Source: a bacterium
Lineage (GTDB): Bacteria > Auribacterota > UBA3054 > JAPLST01
DNA length: 33,387 nucleotides
NCBI GenBank assembly: GCA_026398485.1
Contig: JAPLST010000317.1
Span: 1-33,387 of the forward strand
Direction of reading: 5' to 3'
Shown here piece by piece: positions 24,459 through 32,001 of this stretch (position 1 is the first letter of the stretch; every line of letters begins with the position of its first letter). The position numbers and the translations under genes were made by a program. The notes beneath the pieces were generated by a model. That model did no database searches. It had not been told where the DNA came from and saw only the letters and a list, made by a program, of their open reading frames with translations.

Positions 24459-25360
24459 GCCGCCCCCTTGTTCCTGCATGCATCCATCTCGCGCTTGCAG
24501 TCGGCGCACACCGGCTCGTACTTTTCCCCATCGACAATCAGGCCGTGGCCTGGCTTGCCGCACACACCGCACGGCCCGCTGTACCACTCGTTGCCCGCCT
24601 CTGCGCCGGCGCCCGCCGCATACTTCACCCCGTCGCCGCTGTTCTCCCATGTCCGCACCGCCGCCCGCCAGTCCTTCATCGGCGTGTTCGCCTTGCCAAT
24701 CCGCCAGCCCCGGGCCGCGTAGTGGTCGGTGAACTTCGCCGCCATGCGCGCCGGGTCATCCCAGCCGCGTTCGCTCATGTAGCCCGTCAGCTCTGCCAGC
24801 GATGGTTGAACAAACCGTTGGGATCGTGGGCCCCCCCTGGGGGTACCTGCGCTAGCAGGTGGGGGATTCTCGATTCCGACTACGCAATCGGATACGAATA
24901 CGGATACGGGGCAAATGTTTGCATCTGCTTGCACATGCTTGCAGATGTTTGCATCTGCTTGCAGATGTTTGCAAACGTCAACCCCGGTGTGCTCGCGCCC
25001 GTACACACTCAGGCCACTGATCGTCTCGCGCCAGCACTCAACCCCCGATGGCGGCTGCGGAAACTTGGACGCCTTCGCCCGCGGCTGGTCTACCTTCGGC
25101 ACCACCATGTATCGCTTGCCGTGCTGTTCGTAACGGCGAACTGCGCCGGCCTTTTCGCACTCGGCGAGCAGACGGGCGACATCGGCATCACGTATGTCAC
25201 GGCAGGGGAATACTTCGGCTTTCAGCGCCTTGGTATACTCTTTGCGGCCAAAATCATCCAGCTTCAACAGCAAATGCACATAGAAGGTCTCCGCCGGCAG
25301 CGTCAACCCTTGAATCACATCACTGGTCAGCAGCCCGTCACGCAGCACTCTGTTCGGCAT
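24455..25360 (-). CDS. replication initiator / replisome organiser-like protein with an internal iteron array
   Basis: ATG at 25360 has GGGAGGGGG upstream. The C-terminal part PSLAELTGYMSERGWDDPARMAAKFTDHYAARGWRIGKANTPMKDWRAAVRTWEN matches a common phage replication-protein motif. The linker is encoded by tandem 10-bp repeats. Confidence 0.6.
   Translation of the reverse strand: MPNRVLRDGLLTSDVIQGLTLPAETFYVHLLLKLDDFGRKEYTKALKAEVFPCRDIRDADVARLLAECEKAGAVRRYEQHGKRYMVVPKVDQPRAKASKFPQPPSGVECWRETISGLSVYGREHTGVDVCKHLQADANICKHVQADANICPVSVFVSDCVVGIENPPPASAGTPRGGPRSQRFVQPSLAELTGYMSERGWDDPARMAAKFTDHYAARGWRIGKANTPMKDWRAAVRTWENSGDGVKYAAGAGAEAGNEWYSGPCGVCGKPGHGLIVDGEKYEPVCADCKREMDACRNKGAA
24911..24976. 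repeat. iteron-like array, six to seven tandem 10-bp units (GCAnnTGnTT); candidate replication origin
   Basis: gcaaatgttt gcatctgctt gcacatgctt gcagatgttt gcatctgctt gcagatgttt gcaaac. The 10-bp period places TTGCA on one face of the helix. Confidence 0.65.
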
Positions 25361-25880
25361 GGCCCCCTCCCAGCGCGTCAAACCACGCGGCCGTATGCCG
25401 CTCGTACTCGTCCGCATGATCCACCGTCGCGCGCTGCCGCGCACGCCAGATCTTCTCCTGCACCAACGCAGACGGCGGCGCCGCCACCTCAAAGCACAAC
25501 GTCACAAACCGCTGGCAGGCCTTAAGTACCCGCCACAGTTCCTGCGACGCCTTCGTGCGCTCGGCGCAGCCGCATTCCGCCAACTGCTGGCCCTCACCCC
25601 GGTCTTCGTTGTGCGCATCGTGGATCCGCCAGCACAACGTGCAGACCACCAGCGTGTGGCCACCCTGCGGCTTCTTGCTGCCAGCCAGCCTGGCGTCCGC
25701 CCGCCGCTTGCCTGTCGCCACATACGAGTCGCACATGCTCTGCCACGTCTTGCTGAACTTCCAGAACACCCGCTCGCCAAAGACAAAGAACTCCTCGGCC
25801 GTCTGGCGCCAGTCGCCGGCGATCTTCTTCAGCCGCCACTGCTCCTGCACATACGCATCAACTTCCGGTTTCGTCGTCAT
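25338..25880 (-). CDS. hypothetical early protein (180 aa)
   Basis: Clean ORF. TAATG overlap with the upstream gene at 25880. Confidence 0.55.
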   Translation of the reverse strand: MTTKPEVDAYVQEQWRLKKIAGDWRQTAEEFFVFGERVFWKFSKTWQSMCDSYVATGKRRADARLAGSKKPQGGHTLVVCTLCWRIHDAHNEDRGEGQQLAECGCAERTKASQELWRVLKACQRFVTLCFEVAAPPSALVQEKIWRARQRATVDHADEYERHTAAWFDALGGGHAEQSAA

Positions 25881-26347
25881 TATCGCACCGTTGGATACAG
25901 TTCGATACCAAGAGGATTAAGAAGCGCGCCAAGTTCGCGCACATGCCGGATGATCTGCACCATGTCGTCGGCGCTGAGACTCACCATCTTGGTCATTTCA
26001 ACCGGCATTTGGTACTCGTAGGTTGGGTTCACAACCTTACGTGTTCTCTTTGGCGCCGGCACCGGCCGCGCAGCGCCATGCCGCTGCCCCGCCGACATCA
26101 CCTCGGCCAGCGTGCCCTCGTCACGCAAGCCGATCAGCCTGGACATCTCCGCCGGCGAAACCAGCAGCTTGCCACCCTCCTTCTTGCAGCCCACGATCAG
26201 CTTGCGGTAGATCCAGCCATACACGCGCTTGTCCGGCACGCCCAGCACCTTCGCCGCATCCACCGCGGCCGTCCAGCCAGGCTCCAGCGTGCGCACCTCT
26301 CCCACCAGCGCACTCCCTTGCAGCAGCCCTTTCATCTCTTCATCCAT
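25880..26347 (-). CDS. early protein with an N-terminal excisionase-type HTH (155 aa)
   Basis: WTAAVDAAKVLGVPDKRVYGWIYRKLIVG...LLVSPAEMSRL. AAGGAG lies 6 nt upstream of the ATG. Confidence 0.5.
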   Translation of the reverse strand: MDEEMKGLLQGSALVGEVRTLEPGWTAAVDAAKVLGVPDKRVYGWIYRKLIVGCKKEGGKLLVSPAEMSRLIGLRDEGTLAEVMSAGQRHGAARPVPAPKRTRKVVNPTYEYQMPVEMTKMVSLSADDMVQIIRHVRELGALLNPLGIELYPTVR

Positions 26348-26357
26348 CTCATGCTCC

Positions 26358-26392
26358 TTACCGATTACTGATTACCGATCACCGATTACCGA
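26358..26392 (-). repeat. five tandem heptamers in the 5' leader (plus strand TTACCGA TTACTGA TTACCGA TCACCGA TTACCGA)
   Basis: Read directly from the sequence. The array lies immediately upstream of the SD/ATG of 25880-26347. Confidence 0.9.
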
Positions 26393-26463
26393 AGTAGCGC
26401 GGCAGGCAGAACGCGCCGCGCCGTTGCTCAGCCAATGGTCGTATTGTTTGCCATACTTGTCTT

Positions 26464-26703
26464 TCACTTCTCACCATCGGTCTGCGTCTCATTCAGATTC
26501 AAGCCGCTGAGAACCGGCGCCGCCACCACGCCGGCACCCAGCGTCTTGTACGGCGTCACGGCGATGTGATCCAGCACCTGGCATAGCACCATGCGGTTCA
26601 GCGCGTCAAGGTACTCTGGCGTGCAGCGCCGGCCCGCGCCGTGCACCACCCGCCGCACCCCCGCACAACTCATCAGCCGTGGCGCCTTGCGTGGCTTCTT
26701 CAT
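26464..26703 (-). CDS. hypothetical protein (79 aa)
   Basis: The internal ATG at 26703 gives an ATGA overlap with the upstream stop at 26700. Confidence 0.45.
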   Translation of the reverse strand: MKKPRKAPRLMSCAGVRRVVHGAGRRCTPEYLDALNRMVLCQVLDHIAVTPYKTLGAGVVAAPVLSGLNLNETQTDGEK

Positions 26704-27376
26704 ACCTCGATGATCACCAGCAGGTTGCCAATTGCCTCTAATTCCTCGGAAATAAGCTCCTCGCGCAACACGCGTTGCTTCTCCGTCAAGTCCGGAGCCA
26801 GCAGCGTGCATTCCAGCGTATCAGGATTGATTGCAATCTCGACATGCACGTCAATGGGATTCTGGCCGCGCACGATCGGCAGCGAAAGGTCGAATCCTTC
26901 CGGGATCGTGCTTTCAATCGCCTGGCGGCGTATCTGTGCAAAGTTGCCGCGGTCGTCCTTGGCGCGCTCGAAATACCCATCGATCTTCGTCTTGGCCGAA
27001 CGCAGATCACTCACCAGCTTCAGCGCCGCATCGCGCGTAGAAAACAGATACCGATGCATCTTGATCAGGTCACTCAGCGCCAATGGCGTCAGCGCCTTGC
27101 CCGTGTTGATCGGCAGCACCGCCAGTTCCGGCGCGTCCGTGATTTGACCTGTCACTTTCGTTGCATACGCACTGCTCTCGTTGAGCACCAAGCTGATCGT
27201 GCCGCGCTCGCGGTCAACCAGCACATGGCTGCATTCAGGATTGATCGTGTCCACGCGCTTGCTAATCCATTCAGCCGGTGCGCTGCCACCGGCTCTTTCA
27301 GCAGCAGCGCGCTACCCTCACGGATCACCAGTTCTTTGGTGTCACCCGTAACTTTGACCTCGATGTTCTTGCTCAT
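26700..27376 (-). pseudogene. early gene split between two frames (start 27376; frame change near 27255-27300)
   Basis: A well-supported start (AGGAG, ATG at 27376) gives MSKNIEVKVTGDTKELVIREGSALLLKEPVAA. The sequence then turns to junk in that frame, while the -1 frame reads APAEWISKRVDTINPECSHVLVDRERG... through to 26700. Confidence 0.5.
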
Positions 27377-27377
27377 G

Positions 27378-27809
27378 TCACGCTCCTTTGGCTTGCGCCG
27401 GCATCTTAATGACGCCCGGCAGGTTCTCCTGGCGTTCACTCACATCCAGCGGACGCTCAAATACGATTTCACCCTCGTCATTCACATACTGCGCCATGCC
27501 GGTCGCATGATCCGCCAGAACATAGCACTGCTCGTTCACCGAGCGGGCCTTGTCACGCAGCCCCTGGCACAGCTCGACAATCTCCTGCACCACCGGCTTA
27601 AGGCGCCCCTTGTGCTGCTCACGCACCGCCGCGTATTCAGCCTCAATCGCCGCACGGTGCAGCACCTGTTCGGTCAACTGATCACGCATCTCCGCCAGTT
27701 CTTCATGCGTGAAAGAGCGCATGTAACTGTGCTGTTTGATACTGACGCAGTTGTCCTTCAGCATGCGTGTCCGGTCGCCAACCAGCACGTCCTCAAACAA
27801 TCGCTTCAT
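27378..27809 (-). CDS. hypothetical early protein (143 aa)
   Basis: ATGA overlap at 27806-27809. Clean ORF. Confidence 0.55.
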   Translation of the reverse strand: MKRLFEDVLVGDRTRMLKDNCVSIKQHSYMRSFTHEELAEMRDQLTEQVLHRAAIEAEYAAVREQHKGRLKPVVQEIVELCQGLRDKARSVNEQCYVLADHATGMAQYVNDEGEIVFERPLDVSERQENLPGVIKMPAQAKGA

Positions 27810-28252
27810 AACCGCTCCTCATTGTTTTTGATTAACCACTCAACATGCCGCGCATTGCGGCAGATATGCACTGGCCAGCCCAGCGCCGCCAGCGCGTCAA
27901 ACGTCTTTTTCTGTCGATCACTCACCACCCCGCGCGCCGTCTTCAACTCGATCAGCAGTACCCGCTGCCCGGGCCCGAACGCGATCAAGTCCGGCCATCC
28001 GCACGGATTCCCGATCGCCGCATGGCCCGGCATGTGGAAGAACTGCCAGCCGCTGCAGCGCAGCACCAGTTCGCACGCCGCCTGCAGCACCTTCTCCTTG
28101 CCCGGCCACGGCGCCTCCAACGCATCAAGCATTTGCTGATGGTTCGATTCTTGTCGATGACTATTGACCAATAATAGCTTCTGCTCAATCTGCCGGCGAA
28201 CATCAGCCGGCAACTTTGCTAGATCCTCCATTGTCCAACGGTCGCCGCTCAT
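27806..28252 (-). CDS. VRR-NUC domain nuclease
   Basis: GWPDLIAFGPGQRVLLIELKTARGVVSDRQKKTFDALAALGWPV is a PD-(D/E)xK / VRR-NUC signature. The internal ATG at 28252 gives an ATGA overlap. Confidence 0.7.
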   Translation of the reverse strand: MSGDRWTMEDLAKLPADVRRQIEQKLLLVNSHRQESNHQQMLDALEAPWPGKEKVLQAACELVLRCSGWQFFHMPGHAAIGNPCGWPDLIAFGPGQRVLLIELKTARGVVSDRQKKTFDALAALGWPVHICRNARHVEWLIKNNEERL

Positions 28253-28644
28253 CGCAGCTCCTCCAGCCATTTCGCCGCCTCGGTCAAGCCCAGCAGGATC
28301 AGTCCGCCCACGTCATGCACCGTCATGGCCATTATCGAGCGCTTGTCCACCCCGTCATACAGCCGCATCAGCCTCACCAGCGCGTGCATCATCTGCGCGC
28401 GCAGCGTCGCCAGCGTCTGCGGCTTCGTGTCATAGGCCGCGTGCAGCCGATCTTCGTGCAGCTTCAGCAGCCGGTGCAATTCCTCGCGATACTGCCCGCG
28501 CAGCGACAGGTAGAACCCGACCTGCTTCTCGCTCAGGCCGTCCAGTGCGCCCATCGGCAGGTTCTCGCGCCCCGCCTCGATGTAGCTCACGCGCTTTTCG
28601 TCCCATGACGGCCGCTTCTTCTTCTGTTGCGTTTCATTCTTCAT
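28249..28644 (-). CDS. hypothetical early protein (131 aa)
   Basis: Clean ORF. The ATG at 28644 directly abuts a heptamer repeat array and has no SD. Confidence 0.5.
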   Translation of the reverse strand: MKNETQQKKKRPSWDEKRVSYIEAGRENLPMGALDGLSEKQVGFYLSLRGQYREELHRLLKLHEDRLHAAYDTKPQTLATLRAQMMHALVRLMRLYDGVDKRSIMAMTVHDVGGLILLGLTEAAKWLEELR

Positions 28645-28672
28645 ACTGAAAACCGTAAACTGAAAACTGAAA
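28645..28672 (-). repeat. four tandem heptamers in the 5' leader (plus strand ACTGAAA ACCGTAA ACTGAAA ACTGAAA)
   Basis: Read directly from the sequence. The array abuts the ATG of 28249-28644. Confidence 0.9.
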
Positions 28673-28680
28673 ACAACGCC

Positions 28681-29090
28681 TCACTTCGCGCGGGGATGCA
28701 TGCGCTCGATCGCGCGCCTGATCCCGCGCCCATACGCAACCCGCTCGCCGGCCAACTCCGGACTGCAGCCGCCGTGGTACACCAGCGCCGCATGCAACCA
28801 GGTCGCGTCCGGGCCGTACACCTTCTCATCCCGCGCCCGCTCCAGGCACACGTCCAGGTACAGGCCCGCCACTTCGCGCTGGCGCGCCTCGGACACGTCC
28901 GCGCCGGCAACTGCCTGCACCCGCTCATGCTGCAATACCGGTGCGGGTACAACTCCGTCCCATACATGTCCGCCTTGCTCTCCACCCAGCGGATCGCATC
29001 GAGGACCGTCTCGCGCGCTGGATTAGCGCACGGATCACAATACGCACTCGCCGTCATCAGCACCACTCCTGCTATGATTAGAGTTTTCAT
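28681..29090 (-). pseudogene. secreted lysozyme/transglycosylase-like gene, frame-disrupted near 28925-28945
   Basis: The start is coupled by ATGA at 29087-29090. The signal peptide MKTLIIAGVVLMTASA and the LDAIRWVES motif are in frame A. The rest of frame A is R/C/W-rich junk. The -1 frame reads VLQHERVQAVAGADVSEARQREVAGLYLDVCLERA...RAIERMHPRAK with high GC3 and ends at 28681. Confidence 0.45.
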
Positions 29091-29383
29091 AATGTCATTC
29101 TTTTTCTTCTACGCTGCTTATACTCTCCACAAACGTCAGAACACCACGTCACTGGACGCATCCAATTTGTAGTATCGTAATATGCGCCTTGATCATCTCT
29201 GAGCTTTTCGTCTGGTACTGACTTTACTGGTGGATAACGGTTACAGTGACCTCTATCAACATCATAAGTAATATCTCTCTCTAAGTCTCTGAAGTTGTTC
29301 CAATATACACACGTTTCACAACATCCACCAATTTCTTTTTGTGGGCTGTGTTTTGGTTTTATAATATTTGTAATTGCACTCAT
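29087..29383 (-). CDS. Cys-rich hypothetical protein (98 aa), low GC
   Basis: ATGA overlaps at both ends. CCETC...HC...C..VC. Confidence 0.5.
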   Translation of the reverse strand: MSAITNIIKPKHSPQKEIGGCCETCVYWNNFRDLERDITYDVDRGHCNRYPPVKSVPDEKLRDDQGAYYDTTNWMRPVTWCSDVCGEYKQRRRKRMTL

Positions 29384-29613
29384 GACACTATTCTCACACG
29401 CGAAAATTCATCTTCGCACCGATCCATCGCCGCGCACAGGCGTTTCCACCAGCGATTGACCGCATCCGCGCTGTGCCGGGCGGCCATCCTCTCGATCACC
29501 ACCCGGTCGGCCGTGATCCGGCAGTTGTTCTGCCGATGCTGCCGCCACACGCTGCACAGCCCGCTCTGCGACCGGAACGGCCGCCCTGTCAGTTGTTTCG
29601 TTTGCTTCTCCAT
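29380..29613 (-). CDS. hypothetical protein (77 aa)
   Basis: GAGGAGAGGAG lies directly upstream of the ATG at 29613. Confidence 0.5.
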   Translation of the reverse strand: MEKQTKQLTGRPFRSQSGLCSVWRQHRQNNCRITADRVVIERMAARHSADAVNRWWKRLCAAMDRCEDEFSRVRIVS

Positions 29614-29633
29614 CTCCTCTCCTCAGTTCTGAT

Positions 29634-29668
29634 TACCGTATACCGTATACCGCTCACCGTATACCTTC
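29634..29668 (-). repeat. five tandem heptamers in the 5' leader (plus strand TACCGTA TACCGTA TACCGCT CACCGTA TACCTTC)
   Basis: Read directly from the sequence. Positions 29640-29668 are identical over 29 nt to 30111-30139. Confidence 0.9.
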
Positions 29669-29896
29669 TCACCGCTTCCCGTCCAGCGTCACATACTGCA
29701 CCGGCAGTGGCCCTTTGCCACCGCTGCCCTGTATCGTGCCGACTTCACAGTCAACGATCACCCGTTCGCCCTGCACCGCCGCCACCACCAGCAGCGCGTT
29801 CAACCGCCGGCACAGCGACATGATGTCCATGCCCAGGTCAAACAGTTCCTCCTTGGTCATCTTCCCATGCTCCTTCTTTTCTGCCTTCTCTTTCAT
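29669..29896 (-). CDS. hypothetical protein (75 aa)
   Basis: ATGA overlap at 29893-29896. Confidence 0.5.
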   Translation of the reverse strand: MKEKAEKKEHGKMTKEELFDLGMDIMSLCRRLNALLVVAAVQGERVIVDCEVGTIQGSGGKGPLPVQYVTLDGKR

Positions 29897-30105
29897 AACG
29901 TCCCGTTTTCAACCAGCGCTTCAACCTGCCAGCGCGGTATAAGTGTCATTCGGCGATCGCGCCCCAGGGCATCCACGCTCGTGGGCCCCATCTTCGCCGG
30001 CGTCAGGTGCCCCGTCCGGATCAACCGGCGGATGTAGCCGGCCGTCACGCCATACTGGCTGACAATCCACCGCACCGTCACCGTCTGTTCCTTCTTCTTC
30101 TTCAT
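29893..30105 (-). CDS. small HTH DNA-binding protein (70 aa, excisionase-type HTH)
   Basis: The internal ATG at 30105 (MKKKKEQTVTVRWIVSQYGVTAGYIRRLIRTGHL...) directly abuts a heptamer array. The longer ORF-track start would read through the repeat. Confidence 0.5.
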   Translation of the reverse strand: MKKKKEQTVTVRWIVSQYGVTAGYIRRLIRTGHLTPAKMGPTSVDALGRDRRMTLIPRWQVEALVENGTL

Positions 30106-30111
30106 ACTGAA

Positions 30112-30139
30112 TACCGTATACCGCTCACCGTATACCTTC
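30112..30139 (-). repeat. four tandem heptamers (plus strand TACCGTA TACCGCT CACCGTA TACCTTC) overlapping the CII-like stop
   Basis: Read directly from the sequence. It is a 29-nt identical copy of 29640-29668. Confidence 0.9.
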
Positions 30140-30625
30140 ATGCCGCTCGCACACCGCCAGTATCGCCACCAGCGCCGCCAGCGCCTCGCGGCATTCGCAC
30201 GCGATTAAGACCCGCTCCCGCGCCGTCAACACCCCGTCCTCGATGCAGCGCACCCACATGTCCACCGCCTCGCTCACTTCCTTCAGCGCCATCGCGCCGG
30301 CGTGCAGCCCCTGCGCCGTGCCCGGCAGCGGCAGCCGCACCGCCACCCGCCCCACCTGCGCCTCGATCCAGTCCAGCATGCGCGTGTCGCCGCTTTGCTT
30401 CACCACCAGGTGAAACTTGTCCATCGGGAAGTGGCGCATGTCCGGGCCTTCCACCGCGTCATAGTACCGATAGGTGTAGTTCAGCCGGTGGCCGCACACC
30501 TCGGCGATGATCTTCGCCATGCCGCAGTCCGACTCCTTGACCCACAGCGACAGCGCCTCAAGGTAATCCACCTGCGGGGAAATCAGCGCACCCCGTTCCA
30601 CTTTCATGTCGTTCGCATTCGTCAT
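30125..30625 (-). CDS. first early gene; possibly a CII/CP76-like regulatory protein (166 aa)
   Basis: The pattern HFPMDKFHLVVKQSGDTRMLDWIEAQVGRVAVRLP...EVSEAV...DGVLTARE loosely follows my memory of phage 186 CII-type proteins. The functional call is weak. Confidence 0.35.
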   Translation of the reverse strand: MTNANDMKVERGALISPQVDYLEALSLWVKESDCGMAKIIAEVCGHRLNYTYRYYDAVEGPDMRHFPMDKFHLVVKQSGDTRMLDWIEAQVGRVAVRLPLPGTAQGLHAGAMALKEVSEAVDMWVRCIEDGVLTARERVLIACECREALAALVAILAVCERHEGIR

Positions 30626-30759
30626 ATCATGTTCTCATGCGATCATCACGGTTACAAGAAGAGCGGCGCGCGGGGTTCGGTTGTGTATGGTTCCCGTTGG
30701 GAGCACTGAGGAGGGTACTTGCTGTCCCGCGCGCCGCAGAAGAAGTGCCCCCGCCACTT

Positions 30760-30768
30760 TGGTATAAT
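30760..30768 (+). promoter_or_regulatory. extended -10 promoter element TGgTATAAT
   Basis: Perfect TATAAT at 30763-30768 with TG at 30760-30761, 45 nt upstream of the ATG at 30814. Confidence 0.5.
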
Positions 30769-30813
30769 GGACGGCATCCAGCGATCCATTTAACCCCAGC
30801 AGCGGGAGCGCAC

Positions 30814-31251
30814 ATGTCAGGTGAATTTATTACAGCAACCATCATCAGCAGCATCATCGCCGCAGCCAACACGGCCATCGCATACTTCGCTCTTGTTTCA
30901 ATCAAGAGCGTCATCCGCATTGGCGAAGCCAACCTGGCCGTCCTAAACCGCGAAGCCATGTCCATCACAATCAACCCGACTGCGGCGTCTACCATACAGG
31001 CCATCTTCTCAATCAAACAACCTGGTGTTGATTTCCACATTGAATCTATCTCAGTGTCCAAGTATAAGCGGCAGGGCGACGGGTGCCACATAAGGGACAC
31101 CGTGCACGCAATCCCGTTTTCCCGCACCATCGTCAAGGGAGCGCAGAACTACTTCGACCTGCCCAGTCAGATTGATCCCCGCCAAGGCGACATCATTACC
31201 TTTGCCGGCAAACTCAATGGTGTACCGTTCTCCATCTCCGCCGCCTTGTGA
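30814..31251 (+). CDS. N-terminally anchored membrane protein (145 aa)
   Basis: GGGAG lies 5 nt upstream of the ATG at 30814. MSGEFITATIISSIIAAANTAIAYFALV is followed by a beta-rich domain. GC3 is high in this frame. The ORF-track N-terminal extension is R/P-rich. Confidence 0.6.
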   Translation: MSGEFITATIISSIIAAANTAIAYFALVSIKSVIRIGEANLAVLNREAMSITINPTAASTIQAIFSIKQPGVDFHIESISVSKYKRQGDGCHIRDTVHAIPFSRTIVKGAQNYFDLPSQIDPRQGDIITFAGKLNGVPFSISAAL

Positions 31252-31444
31252 AATTAGATGCCATCCAAGCCATCCAACTACTAAAAAAAGCATGATTGAA
31301 CTCAACAGCAACACCAGCATTCCCATGAACACACCTATGTTTTCTGCAACTTCATTCCATCTTCGATTCATAGCTTTTAATTGTTGCCCGGCTGTTCGTG
31401 TTTTACGAACATGCCAAATGAAAAAAAGATGGCCGGGGACGCTT

Positions 31445-31458
31445 TCACTGGCAAGTGA
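31445..31458. promoter_or_regulatory. operator-like palindrome TCACT-GGCA-AGTGA (site 1)
   Basis: Perfect 5+5 inverted repeat upstream of the XRE gene. It shares the flank CTTTCACT with site 2. Confidence 0.45.
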
Positions 31459-31519
31459 GATCGGTGAGACCAATCGCGCCGCGCCGGCCATCCTGTGTTG
31501 CTATGTACTATTTCTTCTT

Positions 31520-31533
31520 TCACTTGCCAGTGT
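31520..31533. promoter_or_regulatory. operator-like palindrome TCACT-TGCC-AGTGT (site 2)
   Basis: 9/10 inverted repeat, 75 bp centre-to-centre from site 1. Confidence 0.4.
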
Positions 31534-31659
31534 CACAGATCGGGTTAATCTGAACCGCCCTGCTTTCGGGCGTCTGCGAACAGTATAACATATTTACGAA
31601 CAAAAGTCAAGCCCCCCGCCTTTTGACCTTTCAAGTGCTACAATTATGCTGTGAGACCA

Positions 31660-31998
31660 ATGCTCGGTACAATTCTGAAAGCGGCACGCGAGCACAAGGG
31701 CTGGACACAACAGGAACTCGCCGGCCACATGCGCGTGAAACACCCAATGATTGTCCGTTGGGAACTCGGCAAGAGTGGCAAACAGCAGTACCTGCCGTCG
31801 CCGGCGCGGCTGACGCGGCTGTGTGAGCTGCTGGGCATCGACGAGCGGCACGCGCAACTGCTGTGGGCGCAGGACATGCTGATCCGCAAGTTCGGCCAGG
31901 CGGCCTTCGACGATCTGGTCGCGCAACTGCACCTGGCCGATCTCCTGCCCCGCCTGCTCAAGCAATACCAACCCCCGCCGATCACACACACCAGGTGA
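31660..31998 (+). CDS. XRE-family HTH regulator (repressor-like, 112 aa)
   Basis: MLGTILKAAREHKGWTQQELAGHMRVKHPMIVRWELGK is a classical XRE/Cro-CI HTH. An alternative GTG start lies at 31651. Confidence 0.8.
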   Translation: MLGTILKAAREHKGWTQQELAGHMRVKHPMIVRWELGKSGKQQYLPSPARLTRLCELLGIDERHAQLLWAQDMLIRKFGQAAFDDLVAQLHLADLLPRLLKQYQPPPITHTR

Positions 31999-32001
31999 CT
32001 T

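Noticed and set aside
24911-24976. A CRISPR-like repeat array
   Set aside because: The units are only 10 bp, are contiguous with no spacers, and lie inside a coding region. This is iteron-type organisation, not CRISPR.
28641-29090. The full 149-aa frame-A reading as a genuine protein (its stop even forms an ATGA with the next gene)
   Set aside because: The distal 100 residues are R/C/W/T-rich junk, while the -1 frame has protein-like sequence and high GC3. The ATGA arises trivially from the ..AGTATGAAG start context, which is shared with 30105.
30627-31136. A 169-aa minus-strand ORF in the early/immunity intergenic region
   Set aside because: It has no SD and an odd composition. It mostly lies antisense to the plus-strand gene 30814-31251, which has a promoter, an SD and high GC3.
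31051-31491. A 146-aa minus-strand ORF reported as a CDS
   Set aside because: Only residues from the internal Met at 31371 look real (a TM helix), and there is no SD. Two thirds of the ORF lies antisense to a GC3-rich gene. It is kept as an observation rather than a feature.
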